DNA from: Candidatus Hadarchaeota archaeon
GTDB taxonomy: Archaea > Hadarchaeota > Hadarchaeia > Hadarchaeales > JAWBSP01
NCBI GenBank assembly: GCA_964474885.1
Contig: CAYYWO010000012.1
Location: 1-23,090, forward strand
Direction: 5' to 3'
DNA length: 23,090 nucleotides
A model generated the notes under the pieces. The model was not told where the DNA came from. It saw nothing but the letters and a program-made list of their open reading frames with translations, and searched no databases. Every line of letters begins with the position of its first letter. Positions within the stretch are counted from its first letter, which is position 1. The position numbers were made by a program, and so were the translations under genes. This document shows positions 15,706 through 23,090 of the stretch, piece by piece.

Positions 15706-15740
15706 TTATATGTATTATGTGCATATTCTAAAAATGGAGG
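15706..15740 (+). promoter_or_regulatory. TATA box, putative operator and RBS for the DUF5320-like genes
   Basis: TTATATGT at 15706, TTATGTGCATATTC at 15715, GGAGG at 15736-15740, ATG at 15750. Confidence 0.45.
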
Positions 15741-15749
15741 GTAATAGGG

Positions 15750-16220
15750 ATGGCTTACGGTCAAGCAGGTAGAAGGGGAAGAAGGAACATATACTACCTT
15801 ACAGGCATGCCGGGATGGATGAGGTTTTCATGGGGGATGTGGACTCCAGCAGGAATGCCGGTTGCACAACTCCCCTTGCAGGCCGGGCGGATGCCACAGC
15901 CTTACTCAACGCAAGCACCCCAGGCTCTAGTTCTTTCTCACGAGAATTGCGCCAACTACAGAGATGGATTCTGCACATTGTACGGTATTCCTGTAGATCC
16001 AAACACTCCCGTGTGCCCGAACTTCAGGCCGAAGAGTGTCTCTTCAGCACCGCAAATGCAGCCAACCCCATCCGTGTTCCAAGCCCCTATTGGTTTTCCT
16101 CAAACGCAGGTGTCCAAAGACCAAGAAATCCGGATGCTGGAAGCCCAGGCGAGAATGTTAGAGCAGCAGCTAGAGCTGATCAGGAAAAGGCTTGAAGAAC
16201 TCAAAAGGGAGGTGAGATGA
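15750..16220 (+). CDS. DUF5320-like protein with an internal three-Cys motif and C-terminal coiled coil
   Basis: 156 aa. GRRGRRNIYYLTGMPGWMRF and SKDQEIRMLEAQARMLEQQLELIRKRLEELK are DUF5320-type ends. Internal CANYRDGFC...PVCPNF. Confidence 0.8.
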   Translation: MAYGQAGRRGRRNIYYLTGMPGWMRFSWGMWTPAGMPVAQLPLQAGRMPQPYSTQAPQALVLSHENCANYRDGFCTLYGIPVDPNTPVCPNFRPKSVSSAPQMQPTPSVFQAPIGFPQTQVSKDQEIRMLEAQARMLEQQLELIRKRLEELKREVR

Positions 16221-16624
16221 TGCCTTTTGGAATGAGCCCCTGGATGGATAGGAATGTATGGGTATCCGTACTGGTGGGGATGCAGATGGTTCCTGTGGTT
16301 GCCTAGATGGTGGTGGACTGGGATGTACGGTCCAGCACCTTTTATGGGAGTCTCATGGACACCTTACCTATATGACCTATACGCTCCAACAGCTGTACCA
16401 TGGACAATCTTTGACCCTCTTGCCACCTTAGCAGCACATATGCATCACCAACCACGGCGATGCCGAGCGCAGTCTACTCGCTCCTGTATCCAACCGGAGC
16501 GGGGACTCCAACAGGTGTAGGAGCTCCTCCAAATTTCGAGAACAGGAAGTAGAGATGCTCGAGAGTCAAGCAGCAGCACTTGGATCAGATCAAGAAGAGG
16601 CTTGAGGAACTCAGTAAAACATAG
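16217..16624 (+). pseudogene. Second DUF5320-like paralogue (Trp/Pro/Tyr-rich), frameshifted
   Basis: ATG overlaps the previous stop. MMPFGMSPW / YGYPYWWGCRWFLWLPRWWWTGMYGP... / SREQEVEMLESQA / QQHLDQIKKRLEELSKT*. The tail aligns with the upstream gene. Confidence 0.75.
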
Positions 16625-16689
16625 GCTCGGTGCTCAGGACGAAGAATTTTGCCGCCTTGTGAGGTTCTCTTTATTATTTATAAAAGTAG

Positions 16690-17433
16690 TTAGGCGAAGA
16701 GCAGCGGCGGGATGAGGAAGAGGGCGAAGGTCAGGGCGGCCATCGCCAGCCAGCCGAAGATGGAGCTGAGCTCCGCACTCTGAAGCAGGTAGGGAGAGGG
16801 GGATAGGTGCTTGAGTACGGTCTGATGCAGGGTCAGATCCACTGCCAGGTAAAAAATGGCCAGATAGAGTGCCAAGTTCAGCATCCTGATGGGCTTGACC
16901 GCCCAGGGGCTGAGCCTCCCCTTCACCTCTAAAATGAGCTTTGATTCCTCCCTCGAGGTCCTGATCACCCAGAAGTACAGGAAGAAAGGGAGGAGGAGCC
17001 ACGTGAAGAATTGCCAGACCAGCTCGCCCTCCAGCTGCCCCCAGCCAGGCATGAGCCAAGCCCAGAGGCCCGTGACGAGGACTAGGGTGAACCAGCAGTG
17101 GCTGGGTCTCCAGACTCCTTCAGCTAGGATAAGGAAGAAGATCACAGAGAGCTGGTCCTTGGTTAGACCTGTCAGGTGATCCCGTAGCCAGTAAGGGATC
17201 AGGGCGGAACAGAACCAGAGGGTCGGGAGGATAACGGCTTTCAGCAGCGGATCCACCCTCCACTTTCTCATCCAGAGCCACCAGAGGAAAGGAGAGACTA
17301 GGATTGTGCCGACGAGACCGAAGGTGTAGAAGTCCGCGGGGATGGGCAGGTAAGGGGGCAGCCAGTTGTAAAAGTTGTGCACGATCCAGAAGCAGAGGCC
17401 CAGAGCCAGCACATGGTACTCGTTCGGCCTCAT
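16690..17433 (-). CDS. Polytopic membrane protein, last gene of the MoxR operon
   Basis: 247 aa, about 7-8 hydrophobic segments. ATGA overlap with the DUF58 stop (17430-17433). Confidence 0.8.
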   Translation of the reverse strand: MRPNEYHVLALGLCFWIVHNFYNWLPPYLPIPADFYTFGLVGTILVSPFLWWLWMRKWRVDPLLKAVILPTLWFCSALIPYWLRDHLTGLTKDQLSVIFFLILAEGVWRPSHCWFTLVLVTGLWAWLMPGWGQLEGELVWQFFTWLLLPFFLYFWVIRTSREESKLILEVKGRLSPWAVKPIRMLNLALYLAIFYLAVDLTLHQTVLKHLSPSPYLLQSAELSSIFGWLAMAALTFALFLIPPLLFA

Positions 17434-18710
17434 GTTGCCGCGAGCCCCAGCCTCTTCTTGTCCAAGACAGCCTTCATCGCCTTGGGCAGGAACTCCTGAG
17501 GCCCCACCCTGATGCAGTCCACCCCTAGCTTGTTCAGCTCGGCATCCATCCTCCTGTGATCGAGCTCCAGCTGGTCCAGCAGGGAGTCCTGGAGGGTGGA
17601 TAGGGGCTCCTCTCTAGATTCGAGCTCGAACCTAGGCGTGAAGGGGCATATGATCAAGATGTTGTGACCGCCTGCTCTCAGCTCCTTGACCGCCTCTTTC
17701 AGCTCTTCCACATCGGTCTCGAGGTCCGAAAGGAGGATCACGAGGCACGATCTTCTGCTGGAGCGCCTGATGAAGTCCGCAAGCCCCGAGAGGGATTTCT
17801 CACCTGCCGGCTCCACCTCGGCTAGGATGTCCAGCATGCGGTAGAACTGGGATCTCCCCCTACCTGGCTTCAGGAAGTAGTGGACCTCATCCGAGAAGAC
17901 CACTAGGCCATAGTTATCTCCTCTTTCCTCGGCCAGCTTGGCTAGGAGCATGCATGCCCTGACCGAGTACTCGAGTTTCGTCACAGGCTCCCTCCCTCCA
18001 CTCATGGTCCAGCTGGAATCTAGGCAAAGTAGGAGAGTTATGTTTTTCTCGGCCTCGTACTGCTTGGTCATCAGCCTCCCGTACCTGGCTAGGTGCTTCC
18101 AAGAGATCTTCCTGAACTCGTCCGTGGGCTGGTACTCGCGGATGGATCGGAAGTCCCCTCCCAAACCTGACTGCCTGGTGACGTGGGGCCCGTAGAGCTT
18201 TCCCAGCTGCCTGCTTTTCCTCAGCTCGAGCTTCCGTATGTCCTCGTAGCTGGGGTGGATCGTGAGTTCTTGGGGGTCCTGGATCTCCACCTCATCGGAG
18301 AAAAGGCCCAGTCTGTCCCGGAGCCTTGCGCACAGTCCTACCTCGTACTTCCCCCTTCTTACGCGGAGCTGGTAGGATTTCCTGTACCAGCCTGGCAGGA
18401 GAAACTGGCTCGGTCTTAGCTCGGGGGAGAAGGTATCTTGGATCTGGAAGACATCTGGGTAGAAGAGGCCCCTGACTCTCAGCTCCCCCCTGAGTGGTAC
18501 GTCAGCGAATAGCTTTTTCCTCTCGAAGCTTCTCCTGACGGTGCGCTTCACGAGGGCACGCTTGAGACTGAGGTCGAAAAGAGGGGGGATCAGCCCCAGC
18601 CAGAGGATGAGCGCGGCGAAGAAGAAGCCAGGTTTGTTCAGGATGAAGCTTGCGAGGATGTAGGCCAGTCCGAAACCCAGGATGCCATAAAACCCTCGGG
18701 CTGGTCTCAT
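17430..18710 (-). CDS. DUF58 / vWA-domain MoxR partner protein
   Basis: 426 aa. Two N-terminal TMs, DRLGLF, DFRSIREYQPTDEFRKISWK, LMTKQYE, MIDAS-like LDSSWTM, TKLEY and LLSDL. Confidence 0.93.
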   Translation of the reverse strand: MRPARGFYGILGFGLAYILASFILNKPGFFFAALILWLGLIPPLFDLSLKRALVKRTVRRSFERKKLFADVPLRGELRVRGLFYPDVFQIQDTFSPELRPSQFLLPGWYRKSYQLRVRRGKYEVGLCARLRDRLGLFSDEVEIQDPQELTIHPSYEDIRKLELRKSRQLGKLYGPHVTRQSGLGGDFRSIREYQPTDEFRKISWKHLARYGRLMTKQYEAEKNITLLLCLDSSWTMSGGREPVTKLEYSVRACMLLAKLAEERGDNYGLVVFSDEVHYFLKPGRGRSQFYRMLDILAEVEPAGEKSLSGLADFIRRSSRRSCLVILLSDLETDVEELKEAVKELRAGGHNILIICPFTPRFELESREEPLSTLQDSLLDQLELDHRRMDAELNKLGVDCIRVGPQEFLPKAMKAVLDKKRLGLAAT

Positions 18711-19651
18711 TCCTTGATCCGAGGTACCTCCACGGAGGCCTCAATGGACCGGATCACATCCGCCACAGTCTTCCCTTCCAGCTCGGTCTCGGGCTTGAGA
18801 ATGAGTCTGTGGTTCAGCACGGGGAAGAGGACGCTCTTGACGTCGTCCGGTATGACGAAGTCCCTGCCCTCGAGTGCGGCCTTCACCCGGGCGGTGTTCA
18901 TGAGGGCTATGGAGGCCCTGGGGCTGGCTCCCAGCAGGAGGTCGGGACTCTGCCTAGTTTTCAGCACGAGCTCTGCGATGTACTCCCTGATGGATGGATC
19001 CAGGTAGACCTTGGAGGAGATCTCCCTAGAGAGCCGGACTATCTCGGAGGCGGAGGTGACGCTCCTCACCCTTTCCTCACGTCCTTCCTTCATCTTCAGG
19101 ATCTCTAGCTCTTCCTCCCTGCTCGGGTACCCGACGTGGATCTTCATCAGGAACCTGTCTACTTGGGCCTCAGGGAGCGGGTACGTCCCTTCAAGCTCCA
19201 CGGGGTTCTGGGTGGCGAGGACGAGGAAGGGCGAGGGGAGCCTGTAGGTCTTCCCCTCCACCGTCACCTGCCTCTCCTGCATGCACTCGAGCAGGGCAGA
19301 CTGGGTTTTCGGGGGTGACCTGTTTATCTCATCCGCCAGGATCACATTTGCAAAGATCGGCCCCTCCCGGAAGACGAACTCCCCCGTCCGCTGGATGTAG
19401 ATGTTGGATCCTATGATGTCCATGGGCAGCAGATCCGGGGTGAACTGGATGCGTTTGAACTTGCAACCTAGAGCGGCACTGAAGTTCTTGGCTATGTGCG
19501 TTTTCGCGATCCCAGGCACACCCTCCAGCAGAGCGTGCCCCTCAGACATCAGGCAGATGAAGATCTTCTCGATCACGTCTAACTTCCCTACCACCACCTT
19601 GGACATCTCCTGCTTCAGCCTCTCCCAGAGCCTCCTCACTTGCGCGACCAT
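18707..19651 (-). CDS. moxR: MoxR-family AAA+ ATPase
   Basis: Walker A GVPGIAKT, RIQFTPDLLPMD, Walker B ILADEINR, PKTQSALLE, ATQNPVELEGTYPLPEAQVDRF and GASPRA. Start reassigned to ATG 19651 (MVAQVRR). Confidence 0.96.
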   Translation of the reverse strand: MVAQVRRLWERLKQEMSKVVVGKLDVIEKIFICLMSEGHALLEGVPGIAKTHIAKNFSAALGCKFKRIQFTPDLLPMDIIGSNIYIQRTGEFVFREGPIFANVILADEINRSPPKTQSALLECMQERQVTVEGKTYRLPSPFLVLATQNPVELEGTYPLPEAQVDRFLMKIHVGYPSREEELEILKMKEGREERVRSVTSASEIVRLSREISSKVYLDPSIREYIAELVLKTRQSPDLLLGASPRASIALMNTARVKAALEGRDFVIPDDVKSVLFPVLNHRLILKPETELEGKTVADVIRSIEASVEVPRIKE

Positions 19652-20895
19652 TCTTCGATTTCTCTCTCCAGGGTTTTCAGGTGTCTGATCAGCGCGCACG
19701 CCTCCTCGGTCTCAACCCGCAGGATGCCTTGGTTCACTAGTTCGCACTTGGCAAGGACCCTGACTATCCTCCTCGCGAGCTGGGGTGCCCGGCGGTTGAG
19801 CTCGCTCAGCACTTGCTTGGCGGAGACCTCGACTCCCAGCAGCCTGGCGCACCTGCGCAGGAACCTTCTGTAGCAGACTGAGAGGGGTTCGGAGAAGTCG
19901 CTCCTCGTCTTGCTCTGCAGGTGCCTCTCGTATCGTTGCATGTTGCTGATCAGCCTCCCAAGAGGCTTTGGCAACTTCTCTTCCCTCCCCCTTAGCCCCG
20001 GGATCAAGGCCATCCCCCCGAGGAGGGCGCAGAAGAGGTAGAATTGGGGTGCATCCATGATCCATGCACCCTTCAGCCATCCCTCCGGCTCGTAGCCTGA
20101 GTGTGAGAGATCCAGGAGCACAGATCTTCCGGTGAAGAACATCCCCTGATTTTCCCGCCTGGTAGCCCAGTTCAAGAGGCTGCGGATGAAGGGGAGATTG
20201 TACTGGAACATGTCGTTGATAAAGATACCCGGGTCCGCTACTAGAACGAGTTTTCCCTGCGCTTTGGTGAAGGAGAAAACTCCGATGATCGCTAGAGAAC
20301 CTTGGGTCTCCCAGGGATCCCTCTCACAGTTGAGGTTACTATCGACGAAAGCCTTCTCTGTCGTGTAGGCTGCCTGCTCTATGTGGGGCATCCCCAGCTC
20401 TGCGGAAATACCCCACCTCAGGCAAGAGGGGTAGTTCGTGAGGATGCAGTCTACCTCCGAGAAGATCTCCCCGCGCAGATCCCTCAGCACGGCGAAGGAG
20501 GGGTTCACCTCATAACTCCCCGGATCCCTTATTGGTGTGCCGCTCACGCACACCCCAAAGTCAAGTGTTTTGGCGGTGCCATCGTTGTCTCCTATGAGAA
20601 TCAGGATCCCACCATCCTGAATGAACTGCACTAACTTCTCCCTGTCAGAGTCGCTGAAAGGTTCAGTTGGTCCTAGGATTATGAGGACGGAGCCCTTGTA
20701 CTGCTCGAGCATGGAGTATCCAGTGGTCAGCATCTTTGCTTGATAGCAGGACTGCAGCATCCGGTAGAATTCCGAGCATCCCTTCCAGCCTTCGTCAAAG
20801 GGCCCATAAACAGAGGGATAGGAGAATGGACCCGCCTGAGTGGTGTACCAGACGAAAGCCAGCAGGGCGATCAGGAGGAGAGCTGCTACCCTCAA
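19636..20895 (-). CDS. DUF4350/GldG-like membrane-anchored protein
   Basis: 419 aa. N-terminal signal/TM, WKGCSEF, LIILGP...FIQDGGILIL, LVLVADPGIFINDM, then a second TM and a basic helical tail. Confidence 0.85.
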   Translation of the reverse strand: MRVAALLLIALLAFVWYTTQAGPFSYPSVYGPFDEGWKGCSEFYRMLQSCYQAKMLTTGYSMLEQYKGSVLIILGPTEPFSDSDREKLVQFIQDGGILILIGDNDGTAKTLDFGVCVSGTPIRDPGSYEVNPSFAVLRDLRGEIFSEVDCILTNYPSCLRWGISAELGMPHIEQAAYTTEKAFVDSNLNCERDPWETQGSLAIIGVFSFTKAQGKLVLVADPGIFINDMFQYNLPFIRSLLNWATRRENQGMFFTGRSVLLDLSHSGYEPEGWLKGAWIMDAPQFYLFCALLGGMALIPGLRGREEKLPKPLGRLISNMQRYERHLQSKTRSDFSEPLSVCYRRFLRRCARLLGVEVSAKQVLSELNRRAPQLARRIVRVLAKCELVNQGILRVETEEACALIRHLKTLEREIEEWSRK

Positions 20896-20896
20896 C

Positions 20897-22954
20897 TCAG
20901 CTCCAAGGCATCTTGTCCAGCGTCCTGCAGATGCTCTCTGCTCCTCTGTTGAACTCCTCCTCTTTTAGTTCCCTCTTTCCGAACATGGCTCGCTCGTATA
21001 CTTCGACGAACTTCATGAACTCCGCCTTGGGGAACTTCTTGAACCTCCTGGCCAGCTCCTCCGCCAGCTCTCTCGCCGTCTGATCGGTCTTCACTTCATA
21101 CAGCCCCGAGCCGATCAAATTCCCGATGAACTGGTGATATGCCGCTATTATGCCGTCCCTGTACTTCTTCGCAGAAGCGAACTCTCTGAGCGTCTGCCTG
21201 AGGACGGCCGAGGGGCCCTCCGCCTTTAGGTGCTTCTTCCTCCGGAGGATGAAGAGGGTAAGCGCCACTCCAACCGTCCCCAACCCTGCCAGCATGAGCC
21301 AGGGCCTGTCTTCCTCCTTCTCTGGCATCACCACAAAATTATGGTTGGCTGAATTTGAGGGTAAGTAGCCCTCCACGGGGGGCTCAAAGGTGGCTTGGAG
21401 GCTGTGGATCCCTAAGGAAAGATTCTCTGTAGACAGAGAACCTCTGAAATTCCCGTTTGTGTCCGTCTCGACCTTCGTAAGGACTTCTCCATCTAGGAGG
21501 ATCTCCACCGTTTGTCCCCCAACCCCTTCCCCAAAGTCGTCCACGAGCCTCCCACTAAAGTGCAGTTCTTCCCCTCTGGCGACCTGGGTGGATTTCAGGT
21601 ACAGGGAGAGGCTGGTGGGTGCCTCAACGATTATCAGCTGAGTGTTATCGGCTTCGAACTCTTCAGCTCTCGCGATGAGGTAGTGGACTCCTACGTTCTC
21701 CGTCCTGGGGAAAACATGGGAAACCATGACGGGCTCATCCATAGTTTGCACGCGCGCCAGAATCCTCCAAGGTGAGTCCGCGATGGTCACCAAGTCCTGG
21801 AGCGGGTGACCTTCCTGAGTAAGGTGGACCAAGAAGCGCACTTCCTGCCCCCTCCTGGCTCTTTCGGGGCACTTGAAAGTTAGCTGGATCTCGGTCTTTG
21901 GTGGAGCTGGCTCAGGGCCCGAGCTCTCGGCTGGATAGTCTAGCTGGTAGCTCGGTCCACCCGGTGGGGTAGCATCGAAATAAACCCAGCCGTATGGGGG
22001 GAGGTAAGCCTCGACCTGGACATGCCCGGGGGGCTTGTAGAGGAGCTTCCCTCCCGAGACATCCTTGGGTACATAACCGAAGACGACCCTCGCCGGGATG
22101 CCTAGGCATCTGAGGAGAACGGCTAGAGTTGTGTTCGCGTGGAAGCAGTGTCCCTGTCTGGTTCGGAGATACGTCCAAGCGGCATCTCTGCTTATTTTTT
22201 CCTGCATGGGACCATAGGTGAAACCGGTCTTCAGATACTCGATGACCTTGAGTATCTGCTGGTAGGGGTTCAGACCTTCCTCTCTCAAGTTCTCCGCTAC
22301 CTCTCTCACTTCTTGGGGCAGGGATTCGGGTAGTTGCAGACACTTCTCTCTTATTTCGGCCGGGGTCAGTGCCTCGAGATCCGTCCAGGTCACCTGCTGG
22401 AGTTCCGAGGGAGAGGGCGGGGGATGGAAGCTTACCTGATATTTAACCGTTGTCTCCCCCTCTAACTGCAATTTGTAGCTCCCCGCAAAGTCATCCCTGA
22501 GGAGTTTTGTCTCCACCCGCGGGGAAGTAGCCAGATTGAAGACCTTTGACGAGTAGGAAGGTGCGGGCAGGGAGACCTCTCCCCCTCCCTTGAGCTCGAC
22601 TGTTACAGTTGGGTAGTTTTCCTCCGGAATGGGTAGAATTGTGCTCGCCTCAGTCGTTTTCAGCCACTGGGTACCGGTGTAAAAGTCCGCAGTGTCCACA
22701 CGCATGAAGAGCTTCAGATGGGCAGGTTCGGCCGTGAAAAGGACGTAAGGGGACTCGGGTGGTACCTCATTCTCCTCAGATGGGATGGTCCAGTTGTCTG
22801 AGGACTGGGGGAAGCTAGTACTTTCCTGCCCCCAAGGGGAGGAAGATGGAGGAGGGGGAGTCCCAGAGGGTGTGGATCCTCCATATGGCTCCTCATATGC
22901 CATGATCGGACAGAACAGCGTGAAAATAAGGAGTAGGGCGATGGGTCTTCTCAT
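20897..22954 (-). CDS. TgpA-like transglutaminase-domain protein with Ig-like domains, C-terminal TM and DUF4129-like tail
   Basis: Start reassigned to ATG 22954 (signal peptide MRRPIALLLIFTLFCPIMA). P/S-rich linker, R...DFYTGTQW, triad GHCFHA / GHVQVEAY / FDATP, LRCLGIPARVVFGY, TM, and QTARE...YERAMFG. Confidence 0.92.
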   Translation of the reverse strand: MRRPIALLLIFTLFCPIMAYEEPYGGSTPSGTPPPPSSSPWGQESTSFPQSSDNWTIPSEENEVPPESPYVLFTAEPAHLKLFMRVDTADFYTGTQWLKTTEASTILPIPEENYPTVTVELKGGGEVSLPAPSYSSKVFNLATSPRVETKLLRDDFAGSYKLQLEGETTVKYQVSFHPPPSPSELQQVTWTDLEALTPAEIREKCLQLPESLPQEVREVAENLREEGLNPYQQILKVIEYLKTGFTYGPMQEKISRDAAWTYLRTRQGHCFHANTTLAVLLRCLGIPARVVFGYVPKDVSGGKLLYKPPGHVQVEAYLPPYGWVYFDATPPGGPSYQLDYPAESSGPEPAPPKTEIQLTFKCPERARRGQEVRFLVHLTQEGHPLQDLVTIADSPWRILARVQTMDEPVMVSHVFPRTENVGVHYLIARAEEFEADNTQLIIVEAPTSLSLYLKSTQVARGEELHFSGRLVDDFGEGVGGQTVEILLDGEVLTKVETDTNGNFRGSLSTENLSLGIHSLQATFEPPVEGYLPSNSANHNFVVMPEKEEDRPWLMLAGLGTVGVALTLFILRRKKHLKAEGPSAVLRQTLREFASAKKYRDGIIAAYHQFIGNLIGSGLYEVKTDQTARELAEELARRFKKFPKAEFMKFVEVYERAMFGKRELKEEEFNRGAESICRTLDKMPWS

Positions 22955-22985
22955 TAGAATTATTGATCCGAATAGAATCAATCTG

Positions 22986-23090
22986 ATGAGGGTGCGCTGG
23001 TGGGTACCGATTCTTCTCTTAGTTCTCCTCCCGGCAGTCCGTGCCTCGACGAGACTCGAGATCCATCCTGCAGTTGACACGTACGTGGAT
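22986..23090 (+). CDS. N-terminus of a secreted protein, possibly DNRLRE/CBM96-domain (partial, runs off the window)
   Basis: Manual translation MRVRWWVPILLLVLLPAVRA-STRLEIHPAVDTYVD: a Sec signal peptide with an AxA-type site, followed by a P..DTYV motif. Not in the ORF track. Confidence 0.7.
   Translation, partial: MRVRWWVPILLLVLLPAVRASTRLEIHPAVDTYVD

Noticed and set aside
11816-16686. TTATAAAAG at 11816-11824 and 16678-16686 as a target-site duplication of the island
   Set aside because: A low-complexity TATA-like 9-mer expected in archaeal intergenic DNA. No transposase or terminal inverted repeats.
5759-22896. Numerous 60-190 aa ORFs antisense to or nested within the main genes
   Set aside because: Typical shadow ORFs of GC-rich coding DNA, with no motifs or independent expression signals.
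22955-23080. 42 aa N-terminal extension of the 727 aa ORF
   Set aside because: It is antisense to a clear signal-peptide-encoding ORF starting at 22986. The real signal peptide begins at ATG 22954.

Overview
Archaeal chromosomal DNA, judged from class III pilin signal peptides, BRE/TATA-like promoters, GGAGG RBSs and ATGA-type gene overlaps. A GC-rich lineage such as Hadarchaeota is plausible but only inferred. Left to right: (i) a decayed vapBC toxin-antitoxin pair; (ii) a cell-surface cluster with two pilin-like genes (one a pilin / GxxGIG fibre-repeat / PA14-like fusion), a small divergent basic protein, a DUF3108-like exported protein bracketed by two copies of a 22-24 bp palindrome, a LapG/BTLCP-like Cys peptidase coupled to a large Ig/CARDB surface protein, and a divergent wHTH (AbiEi-like) regulator; (iii) a Sip1/raffinose-synthase-type glycoside hydrolase and a small membrane protein; (iv) an AT-richer, partly pseudogenised island of about 4.7 kb (flavodoxin, DUF89, COG1237 MBL hydrolase, family 4 UDG, 2x[4Fe-4S] protein, two DUF5320-like paralogues); (v) an intact transglutaminase-DUF4350-MoxR-DUF58-membrane protein operon, followed by the start of a divergent secreted protein. 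No rRNA, tRNA, CRISPR array, transposase or reverse transcriptase was seen. All family calls come from motif recognition by eye, not from database searches.
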